DNA of 64,000 bases. It comes from a virus. Position 1 is the first letter of the stretch; each line of letters begins with the position of its first letter. A model generated the notes under the pieces. That model was given only the letters and a program-made list of their open reading frames with translations, ran no database searches and was not told where the DNA came from. This document shows, piece by piece, positions 56,386 to 64,000 of this stretch. Position numbers and translations under genes: made by a program. The stretch is taken from IMG/VR virus record IMGVR_UViG_3300031787_000011; one strand, given 5' to 3'.

Positions 56386-56598
56386 TTAAGGCTTAATAAT
56401 ATGCGACTCAAAAGATTCGCTCTTAGGAGCCTCTTCTGGCACTGGCAAAGCGGCTCTCAATTTTGGCTCAATCTTTCGAGTAAGAACTAGGCCAGCTTCA
56501 GCAGCCGCAAGACCTCTTGCTCGAACTGCGATGTCGATAATCTCTAGGAGAACCTGGGCTTCGTTAATTGTGTAATCTACTGAAATTGTTTTTTCCAT
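56386..56598 (-). CDS. Small helical hypothetical phage protein (70 aa)
   Basis: Fills the gap between genes; LLEIIDIAVRARGLAAAEA helix. Confidence 0.7.
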   Translation of the reverse strand: MEKTISVDYTINEAQVLLEIIDIAVRARGLAAAEAGLVLTRKIEPKLRAALPVPEEAPKSESFESHIIKP

Positions 56599-56637
56599 AC
56601 TTTTAATATTATATAAAGTTAAAACTAAAAATAAAAA

Positions 56638-57339
56638 TTATTTTTGGACATAATCTCTATAACTTTCTTTGAGCTTTTCTTTATAATCTGAGTATTGCCT
56701 TTCTATATCTGAATAACTTTCTTTTTGGACGCATAATAAATCTTTAGCCGCAAAACAATGATTGTTCTCTTGGAAGTTTCTTGCTAAATACCAATCAATA
56801 GCCTCGTATTCTTTTATAAAATTTATTACATCTAATTCTTTTTCTAGATTTAAATCATTAAGAATTTTATTTATAGCATTTTTAGAATAAGCTATAGCAT
56901 GAGTGCAAAAACAAGTTTTTGCCTTTATTAAATTTTGAGAATATTTTTCTACAGGCGCATAATCATATCCTTTAACAAAAAAAGCCCCAAAATAAAAAAG
57001 ATCCCAATTCGCAGGCAACTCTGATGTACTTTTATTTATTTTATTATTTAAAGATTCTCCAAAATCTAAAAATAAAAAATCATCTTCTAAAACAAGAACA
57101 TTAGAGTAGTTATTTTTTTGGGCTTCTTTTAAAATATAATAATGAGATAAAGCACAGCCAATTTGAGCGTTTTGTCGGTGAGATAATTTAGGATGAGCGC
57201 AAAGTATTCCTTCTCTTTTATTTATTTTATCCGCTATGCCTAAAAGAGAAAATTGAGAAAGACAACTTTCCCATCTATCTGTCCGATGCTTTAAATTTAT
57301 ACAATAAATTTGTTCAAAAAAATCAAAAGCATTATTCAT
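56638..57339 (-). CDS. Glycosyltransferase family 25
   Basis: IYCINLKHRTDRW, GCALSHY, VLVLEDD, WDLFYFG, THAIAYS, IDWY and Q..SYSDIE are the canonical GT25 motifs in order. Confidence 0.92.
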   Translation of the reverse strand: MNNAFDFFEQIYCINLKHRTDRWESCLSQFSLLGIADKINKREGILCAHPKLSHRQNAQIGCALSHYYILKEAQKNNYSNVLVLEDDFLFLDFGESLNNKINKSTSELPANWDLFYFGAFFVKGYDYAPVEKYSQNLIKAKTCFCTHAIAYSKNAINKILNDLNLEKELDVINFIKEYEAIDWYLARNFQENNHCFAAKDLLCVQKESYSDIERQYSDYKEKLKESYRDYVQK

Positions 57340-57347
57340 ATATATTG

Positions 57348-60300
57348 TTATCTTCTTTCTAAAGCAGTTACTCTAGATTTTAGCTCATTAATTTGCGCCT
57401 GCTGCTCTTTTATAGCTTCTGCTAACACTGCTGTTATTCTTGGATAATCTAAAGATCTAGCGTCTGGGCAATCATCATTTAATTTCCAAGTACTTACTAG
57501 TTCGGGTAATACTTGCTCTAATTCTTGCGCAATAAATCCGATAACAGGAGTATTTAAACTATAACCGTCTCTTGTATTGTTTATGAATTCATTCCATTCG
57601 TATGTTACGCCGCGCAACTTCATTACTTTTTGGAGCGCGTTTTCAATTGGTTTTATATTTTTCTTGAATCTTAAGTCTGATGACGTTGGGAATGAGGTCG
57701 CATGAGCATTACCATTAACATCCAAAGTATAAGCTGGGGTTACCCCTACACCTAATATATAAGTTCCGGGGCTAACTTGATTTGATAAAAATAATTTGTC
57801 TGAGCCGCTGTACCATCTTAATACATCACCAGCTACTCCATTTTGCAAGTAATTGTACCATTTTGTAGCACCTGCGTCTTGGAATTGAATGCCTCCTTGG
57901 TAACTAGTGCTTGATCTATTTATAATATAATAAGCTGCTCCCGCACCGCCGTTTAATGTCACAGTAGATGTTCCATCGTCAGTTTCAAGAGAATTTCCAA
58001 GAGTAGTAGTATTTGTAAATTTAGCTATTCTATTTGTTGTACCGCTTGCATTTGCTGCGCCTTGAGACCCAGTGCTACCTTGAGACCCAGTGCTGCCTTG
58101 AGAACCTAAGCTTCCAGTACCGCCAGTGCCGCCTTGAGATCCTATGGCTCCTGTACCGCCAGTACCACCTTGAGACCCAGTGCTACCTTGAGATCCAGTG
58201 CTACCTTGAGACCCAGTGCTGCCTTGAGAACCTAAGCTTCCAGTACCGCCAGTGCCGCCTTGAGAGCCTAAGCTTCCAGTACCGCCAGTGCCGCCTGTCC
58301 CGCCAGTACCCCCTGTTCCGCCAGTGCCGCCAGTGCCGCCTTGAGAACCTAAGCTTCCAGTACCGCCTGTTCCGCCAGTACCACCTGTTCCGCCAGTGCC
58401 GCCAGTGCCGCCTTGAGAGCCTAAGCTTCCAGTACCGCCAGTGCCGCCTGTCCCGCCAGTACCACCTGTTCCGCCAGTGCCGCCTGTCCCGCCAGTGCCG
58501 CCTGTTCCGCCAGTACCACCAGTGCCGCCTGTTCCGCCAGTAGCAGCGATAGAATCTAAAACATCGTAAGTGTTAGCGGAAGATAAATACCAAACTAATG
58601 GGACCGTTGATGTTGGATTCGGAGTCCCATTTAAGGCGAAAAAGTTTGTAGAACTAAAAGTTCCTGTATTTCCGGCCTTTACGATCATGCAATACTCTTC
58701 CCATTTTCCTGTGCCAAGAGTAGAGGTAGTCCAATAAGATGTTCCGTTAGTACCAATAGAATTACTATGGAAACTAAGCGAATATCCAACAGGTATTTTA
58801 GCTACAAATACGCAAGCAAAAACAGAATTAGCTCTAGTATTATCCGCAAAATACCATCCTCCAAAATAAGGCGACGTTGCAGCAGAAGTATGAGTTATTC
58901 TTACTACGTATCCGCTATTATTTGGAGCTCCTAAACCAGTCGAAGCTATTCTAGCTATAGATATGGTCCCTGTGGCGTTGTTATCGTAAATGTTTATTCC
59001 ATTTAAGTTATTATCAATGAATGTTTCGTTATTGTGTAAAGACTTGCCTCTTCTATAAGTATCAAAACCTATAGTAGACTGACCTAATTCTACAGTCGCC
59101 GCTGTGGCGAAAGAAGTTTGGCTCCTTATATTTAGATCTCCTATTAAATTTAAAGTTGATCCATTAAAAGTCAAATTAGACTCTCCATTAGCCCCGGCTC
59201 CTCCAGTGGCAGTAAGAATATAATCATTTACATTGTTAGTAAGCGCTACTGAAGAGCCTTGAGATCCTAAACTTCCAGTGCCGCCAGTGCCACCCGTTCC
59301 GCCAGTACCACCTGTTCCGCCAGTGCCGCCTTGAGAGCCTAAGCTTCCAGTACCGCCAGTGCCGCCTGTTCCGCCAGTACCACCAGTGCCGCCTGTTCCG
59401 CCTGTTCCGCCAGTACCACCAGTGCCGCCTTGAGAGCCTAAGCTTCCAGTACCGCCAGTGCCGCCTGTTCCGCCTGTTCCGCCAGTACCACCAGTGCCGC
59501 CTTGAGAACCCAAACTTCCAGTACCGCCAGTGCCGCCTGTTCCGCCAGTGCCGCCTGTTCCGCCAGTGCCGCCTGTTCCGCCAGTACCACCAGTGCCGCC
59601 TTGAGAACCCAAGCTTCCAGTCCCACCTGTGCCGCCAGATGTTCCAGATGTCCCAGATGTTCCAGAGCTTGCGGCATTGACTTTTGTCTTAACTGTTCCA
59701 TCAGCGTCTATGACTAAACAATTTGTGCTTGAGCTTGCAGATATTCCAGTAAATCTGATAGTACCAGAAACATCTAAAGTATAAAGAGGGTTGCTTTGGC
59801 CTATTCCAACTTTATTATTTTTAAGAACAAAATCGCCGCTTCCATATTGCCCCAATACAACTCTATCATCAGCGAAGACTTCCATCACTGGCAATCCTGC
59901 ACTATTATTTACAGACATTAATGAATCTGATAAATCATCAATTACAGAAAAGAGTGTCCCGTTTGTGCCGTCCGCCCTGAGTAATGTAGCGCCAGATGTA
60001 GTTGAATTTAAATGCAATCTACCAAGAGGACTTGTAGTGCCGATACCAACATTACCACCATCAGCTTTGATGGTCATGCGGGTGGTCATTGTGCTACTTA
60101 CATTTTGTCTAAAATAAATATCTCCATAAACTTGAGAAGAAGTTACTGGATACGTATTATCAATGTAAGATACAGCGAAATTTGGATTATATATTAAATG
60201 CAATCCATGAGCATCAGAAACTCCATAACTTATTTTTATGCCCTGATCGCTATTTGCAGAACTTGTTATTCTAACAAATGGATTTGCCCCGTGAATATGC

Positions 60301-63300
60301 AGCAATGTAGCAGGGCTTGTTGTGCCTATGCCTACATTACCTCCTTGCAAGATTGTCAAAGTATCAGCGCCAACACTATTTTTAAAATAAGTTGCAGTGG
60401 AACTTCCAGCATAATAATTGGCGTTATAAATTCCAGATCCCACAACAAGATTTGTTCCAATATTAGCATCTCCATTAACGTCTAATTTCCGCGATGGACC
60501 TGTTGAGCCAATGCCAACATTTCCATTACTTAACATTACAAAACTATTACCAAAATTAGATTTATAAGATAATGTAGCTAAATTATTACCAGTTCCTGTA
60601 GCGTCTGCATCTACCCAATTCCAACCATCTGCATAAGCATCATTATAAGCGCTACTGTACATGCTTTCAACATACAATTTAGGCCAGTAGCCCGGACTTA
60701 CTAATACAATACAAACTTTAAGTACGCCGGAAGAATCCCAGTCTTCGGCAGACAATTTAACTGTTGGGGCAAAGCTGCCTGCTGAAGTAATTGTCGCGTT
60801 ATAAAAAGTGCTTAAATAATAATGCCAACAAATCATTAAATTAGTAGTTTCTGCGCTACCATATCTGAATCCTTTAATATTGATGGTAAAATCTGCTGCA
60901 GCAGATGCAAACGGAATTTTTGTTCTTATTTTTATGAAGCTTGGAGTAACTTGGCTATTTATATCCAAACCGATCATTGTTAATTTACTACCATCACCAA
61001 AACTAGCTTCTCCATTAACAGCCAATTTAACAGATGGATTTGTTTCGCCTATTCCAACTTTATTGCCACTTATTATAAAATCTCCGCTATTAAATTGTCC
61101 GGCTTTTATTGTATTATTAGCGAATACTTCTAGTACAGGTAAACCTGCTATAGTATTTACAGACATCAAAGAATCAGATAAATCATCTGTTATTGAAAAA
61201 AGCGCTCCATTTGTGCCGTCGGCTTTCAATACTGTTTCGCCAGTAGTTGTTGAAACTACATGAAGTTTTCCGCTAGGTTGAACTGTACCGATGCCAATAC
61301 TTCTATTGTGCCCAACTGACATCATCACTTCAGGAGTAACATTTTGGACTCTATTTATAGCGAAGTCTATTCTTGTATCTGTATTTGTATTCCAATAAGG
61401 AGTAATTTGAGCGAGATAACCAGTACTAGCATCAAATCTTAATTGAAGGCCTTTGCCTTGAGTAGAGGCTACATCTAAATTAAAAAGCGCGCCTCCTAAA
61501 TTGCCTAAGCCAAGATAACCATTACTATTAAGAACAAAAACATTACTTGCGTTTACGTTATTGTTATAAGCTATATTTAAATAATTAGTGTCAAGGCCAA
61601 CAGAATAAAAGATGCCGTTGTTTCTTTGGAGTCTTAATACTTCAGAAAATGCCCCTAATGCATTATTAACATGTAAACCGCCAGAAGGAGTAGTTGTTCC
61701 TATGCCTATATTGCCATTAACATCTTGATATATTGTAGAATTATTAAGGGTACTCGCTGAATTAAATTTTGAGATATAACCCGAACTCCCTGACAAACTT
61801 GCGCTAGACCCGGCGGATCCTGTACTTCCAAGGCTTCCAGTGCCACCAGTCCCGCCAGTCCCACCAGTACCGCCAGTGCCGCCAGTGCCGCCTGTTCCGC
61901 CAGTACCACCTGTTCCGCCAGTGCCGCCAGTGCCGCCTTGAGAGCCTAAACTTCCAGTACCGCCAGTGCCGCCTGTCCCGCCAGTGCCGCCTGTTCCGCC
62001 AGTACCACCTGTTCCGCCAGTGCCGCCAGTGCCGCCTTGAGAACCCAAGCTTCCAGTACCGCCAGTGCCGCCTGTTCCGCCAGTACCACCAGTGCCGCCT
62101 GTTCCGCCTGTTCCGCCAGTACCACCAGTGCCGCCTTGAGAGCCTAAGCTTCCAGTACCGCCAGTGCCGCCTGTCCCGCCAGTGCCGCCTGTTCCGCCAG
62201 TACCACCTGTTCCGCCAGTGCCGCCAGTGCCGCCTTGAGAACCTAAGCTTCCAGTCCCACCTGTGCCGCCAGATGTCCCAGAAGTTCCAGATGTTCCAGA
62301 ACTTGCGGCGTTAACTTTCGTCTTTACTGTCCCGTCGGCATCTATCACCAAGCAATTTGTGCTTGAACTTGCGGATATTCCTGTAAATCTAATTGTACCG
62401 CTAACATCAAGAGTATATAGGGGATTATTTTGTCCAATTCCTACTTTATTGTTTTTTAATACGAAGTCTCCACTGCCATATTGACCAAGAACAACTCTGT
62501 CATCTGCAAAAACTTCCATTACTGGGAGTCCTGCAGAATTATTAACAGACATTAAAGAATCACTCAAGTCATCAATTACTGAAAATATTGTTCCATTCGT
62601 TCCATCGGCGCGAATTAATGTGGCTCCTGCTGTTGTTGAATTTACATGCAATTTACCAGATGGAGTGGTCGTGCCTATGCCAACATTACCATCTGCTCGT
62701 ATATAAACTGTATTATTATTTGATGAAGAATGAAATGCGATAGGGCCAGCATTATAGATATTAAAAGCGCCAGCGCCACCATAAGTAGTATATCCCGCGC
62801 TAGCTTTAAATATATAAGCCGAGCCTACTCCATTAGCTGTAAATTCTATTTCAGAATACTGATTAGCACTTGGGCTTTGCAGACTTAGTAGAGTTCCGTC
62901 TCCATATACTGTGAGTTTTCTATTTGGAGTTGTCGTACCTATACCAACATTATTTCCTGAGCTGATATATAAACTTGTATTTCCATTATTGATTAAAGAA
63001 GTAGAATTTAAGCTAAATAAAATAGAATTATTATTACCATCTATTACGGATGCGTATCTATCTGATATTATGCGAGAACTGGCAGCTATTTCTCCTATCA
63101 CGGACAAATTAGTGGCAGGATTTGTTGTCCCGATCCCGACATTTCCATTATTTTTTATTACCAATGCATTTATTACGTTCGCTGATGTAAATGAACCGGT
63201 AGCTACATCCATGAATCCAAATACTTTATAACCAACAGCCGGAGCAAAACCTTCGAAATATGGTCTATAAGCTTGAGTGGGTTCAACTGTACCAGCTAAT

Positions 63301-64000
63301 TCATTAGTCCATGTTAAGTTTTGTCCATATGTGTACCAAGGACTATTTTGTGAAGAATGGAATGTATGTTCTGATGTTCTAAATCCTCCATTTAATCTTG
63401 TTAATTTTAAACCAACATTTGTTACAGAATCATTTCCAATTTGAGCATTGCCTTGTATTTCTAACTTTTGTGTAGGACTTGTTGTACCTATACCAACATT
63501 ACCGCTATTATCAATAGTTAAAAATTCATTAGTAGCAAAACCATCTGCCATTGAAATTTTTAACTTATCAGAATCTGAGTTGTCTATCCCAACACTCCAA
63601 TTTTGACCACCGGATGTCAAAAAATTAAGATATGGATCGTGTGTTGAATTTGAATTTAAAGTTGCAATTCGTATTTTAGCGTCACCTGAATTATTTGCAA
63701 CTAATAATCCAACTGTAGGTGCTGAAAACAGACTTGTCCAATCAAAATTTGCAATCGCTGCAGATGAATTTACATGCAACTTTGCTAATGGACTACTTGT
63801 GCCTATACCAACACTTCCTGACACGAATAAATTTGAAGTTATATCAGTAGTTCCATTTATTTTAGAGCTACCAAATACTTCAAAAGTATTAGTAGACTGA
63901 GAATGAGTGCCAAATCTTGCTAAATTTATGTATTGATTGGCGACGCTTCCTGCTTGTTGTAAATATAAAGGTATATTTGCAGAACGATCTATTTTTACAA
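57348..64000 (-). CDS. Giant tail fibre with collagen-like G-X-Y blocks and C-terminal Peptidase_S74 intramolecular chaperone; 5' end outside window
   Basis: Repeated GNVGIGTTxP-x-x-KL units. C-terminal SDLRFKKNI...GFIAQE...LDY...AIKEQQ coiled coil. The frame stays open from 63824 to the window edge (...VKIDRSANIPLYLQQAGSVANQYINLARFG...), so the track's GTG is not the true start. Confidence 0.92.
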   Translation of the reverse strand, partial: VKIDRSANIPLYLQQAGSVANQYINLARFGTHSQSTNTFEVFGSSKINGTTDITSNLFVSGSVGIGTSSPLAKLHVNSSAAIANFDWTSLFSAPTVGLLVANNSGDAKIRIATLNSNSTHDPYLNFLTSGGQNWSVGIDNSDSDKLKISMADGFATNEFLTIDNSGNVGIGTTSPTQKLEIQGNAQIGNDSVTNVGLKLTRLNGGFRTSEHTFHSSQNSPWYTYGQNLTWTNELAGTVEPTQAYRPYFEGFAPAVGYKVFGFMDVATGSFTSANVINALVIKNNGNVGIGTTNPATNLSVIGEIAASSRIISDRYASVIDGNNNSILFSLNSTSLINNGNTSLYISSGNNVGIGTTTPNRKLTVYGDGTLLSLQSPSANQYSEIEFTANGVGSAYIFKASAGYTTYGGAGAFNIYNAGPIAFHSSSNNNTVYIRADGNVGIGTTTPSGKLHVNSTTAGATLIRADGTNGTIFSVIDDLSDSLMSVNNSAGLPVMEVFADDRVVLGQYGSGDFVLKNNKVGIGQNNPLYTLDVSGTIRFTGISASSSTNCLVIDADGTVKTKVNAASSGTSGTSGTSGGTGGTGSLGSQGGTGGTGGTGGTGGTGGTGGTGGTGGTGSLGSQGGTGGTGGTGGTGGTGGTGGTGGTGGTGSLGSQGGTGGTGGTGGTGGTGGTGGTGGTGGTGSLGSQGGTGGTGGTGGTGGTGGTGGTGGTGGTGGTGGTGSLGSTGSAGSSASLSGSSGYISKFNSASTLNNSTIYQDVNGNIGIGTTTPSGGLHVNNALGAFSEVLRLQRNNGIFYSVGLDTNYLNIAYNNNVNASNVFVLNSNGYLGLGNLGGALFNLDVASTQGKGLQLRFDASTGYLAQITPYWNTNTDTRIDFAINRVQNVTPEVMMSVGHNRSIGIGTVQPSGKLHVVSTTTGETVLKADGTNGALFSITDDLSDSLMSVNTIAGLPVLEVFANNTIKAGQFNSGDFIISGNKVGIGETNPSVKLAVNGEASFGDGSKLTMIGLDINSQVTPSFIKIRTKIPFASAAADFTINIKGFRYGSAETTNLMICWHYYLSTFYNATITSAGSFAPTVKLSAEDWDSSGVLKVCIVLVSPGYWPKLYVESMYSSAYNDAYADGWNWVDADATGTGNNLATLSYKSNFGNSFVMLSNGNVGIGSTGPSRKLDVNGDANIGTNLVVGSGIYNANYYAGSSTATYFKNSVGADTLTILQGGNVGIGTTSPATLLHIHGANPFVRITSSANSDQGIKISYGVSDAHGLHLIYNPNFAVSYIDNTYPVTSSQVYGDIYFRQNVSSTMTTRMTIKADGGNVGIGTTSPLGRLHLNSTTSGATLLRADGTNGTLFSVIDDLSDSLMSVNNSAGLPVMEVFADDRVVLGQYGSGDFVLKNNKVGIGQSNPLYTLDVSGTIRFTGISASSSTNCLVIDADGTVKTKVNAASSGTSGTSGTSGGTGGTGSLGSQGGTGGTGGTGGTGGTGGTGGTGGTGGTGSLGSQGGTGGTGGTGGTGGTGGTGSLGSQGGTGGTGGTGGTGGTGGTGGTGGTGGTGSLGSQGGTGGTGGTGGTGGTGGTGSLGSQGSSVALTNNVNDYILTATGGAGANGESNLTFNGSTLNLIGDLNIRSQTSFATAATVELGQSTIGFDTYRRGKSLHNNETFIDNNLNGINIYDNNATGTISIARIASTGLGAPNNSGYVVRITHTSAATSPYFGGWYFADNTRANSVFACVFVAKIPVGYSLSFHSNSIGTNGTSYWTTSTLGTGKWEEYCMIVKAGNTGTFSSTNFFALNGTPNPTSTVPLVWYLSSANTYDVLDSIAATGGTGGTGGTGGTGGTGGTGGTGGTGGTGGTGGTGGTGSLGSQGGTGGTGGTGGTGGTGGTGSLGSQGGTGGTGGTGGTGGTGGTGGTGSLGSQGGTGGTGSLGSQGSTGSQGSTGSQGSTGSQGGTGGTGAIGSQGGTGGTGSLGSQGSTGSQGSTGSQGAANASGTTNRIAKFTNTTTLGNSLETDDGTSTVTLNGGAGAAYYIINRSSTSYQGGIQFQDAGATKWYNYLQNGVAGDVLRWYSGSDKLFLSNQVSPGTYILGVGVTPAYTLDVNGNAHATSFPTSSDLRFKKNIKPIENALQKVMKLRGVTYEWNEFINNTRDGYSLNTPVIGFIAQELEQVLPELVSTWKLNDDCPDARSLDYPRITAVLAEAIKEQQAQINELKSRVTALERR
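58060..58541 (-). repeat. Collagen-like 9-bp-unit repeat block 3 (GGT/GSL/GSQ/GST triplets)
   Basis: Tandem ccgccagtg/ccgcctgtt/ccgccagta and ccttgagaccc units; Gly at every third residue. Confidence 0.95.
59257..59665 (-). repeat. Collagen-like 9-bp-unit repeat block 2
   Basis: (GGT)n-GSL-GSQ higher-order units. Confidence 0.95.
61806..62300 (-). repeat. Collagen-like 9-bp-unit repeat block 1
   Basis: (GGT)n-GSL-GSQ higher-order units. Confidence 0.95.

Larger units (their letters stand above)
1..64000. mobile_element. Segment of a large tailed bacteriophage genome (tail/virion morphogenesis region, apparently non-contractile tail)
   Basis: Contains a TMP, tail tube, S74-capped fibre and LamG adhesins. 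Genes abut or overlap on one strand for about 61 kb. No cellular housekeeping genes and no sheath gene next to the tube. Confidence 0.95.

Noticed and set aside
32849-56615. TATATAAT upstream of three genes (32849, 43466, 56608) as a second promoter class
   Set aside because: Plausible -10 boxes, but the spacers are extremely AT-rich and no -35 element was evident, so it is not distinguishable from chance by eye.
58034-58543. 169-aa + strand ORF with RQCRL repeats, and similar short ORFs at 59438-59717 and 61706-61909
   Set aside because: Shadow frames of the stop-free repeat arrays.
58060-62300. GC-rich repeats as a CRISPR array or non-coding repeat
   Set aside because: Units are 9-bp in-frame codon repeats with no unique spacers, inside the fibre ORF.
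3439-63231. Numerous 60-130 aa + strand ORFs opposite the long structural genes
   Set aside because: Antisense shadows wholly inside long minus-strand CDSs, with no RBS or recognisable motifs.
47661-64000. Diversity-generating retroelement acting on the LamG or fibre genes
   Set aside because: No reverse transcriptase in the window. The repeated segments differ at synonymous positions of all bases, not specifically at adenines.
1-64000. Stop-codon reassignment, as in some large phages
   Set aside because: Very long ORFs are intact in the standard code. TGA (566, 2685, 29126, 30939, 46223) and TAG (41452) end genes right where the next gene begins.

Overview
The whole window is AT-rich, densely coding DNA from a large tailed (Caudoviricetes) phage, standard genetic code, with no host genes, RNA genes, CRISPR array or integrase visible. 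1-2424 (+) holds two glycosyltransferase-like genes and a probable ssDNA-annealing protein. 2425-64000 (-) is one long virion-morphogenesis region. In transcription order it contains: a giant tail fibre (collagen-like G-X-Y blocks, C-terminal S74 chaperone, 5' end outside the window), a GT25 glycosyltransferase, six LamG-type adhesins, an Ig-domain protein, neck/tail-completion genes, the tail tube, three probable chaperone-type genes, a 2855-aa tape measure protein (TMP), and a series of very large tail-tip/baseplate proteins. No sheath gene is visible. The main finding is that the TMP looks like a segmented cargo polyprotein. After a normal TMP domain, ten copies of a [AS][SG]G[YI][IV]PNFA-type motif delimit discrete blocks. 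One block has the catalytic Lys/Asp signature of an HhH-GPD (endonuclease III-like) DNA glycosylase, and another has the full motif set of a RimK-type ATP-grasp ligase. This suggests enzymes delivered into the host via the tail ruler. Secondary signals are a recurrent GTGTAA motif upstream of late genes, a strong [S/T]-G dipeptide bias in exposed virion proteins next to glycosyltransferases, cassette-style insertions in the LamG paralogues, and a protein-identical but heavily synonymously diverged duplication in the fibre. All domain calls are by-eye motif recognition; no searches were run.
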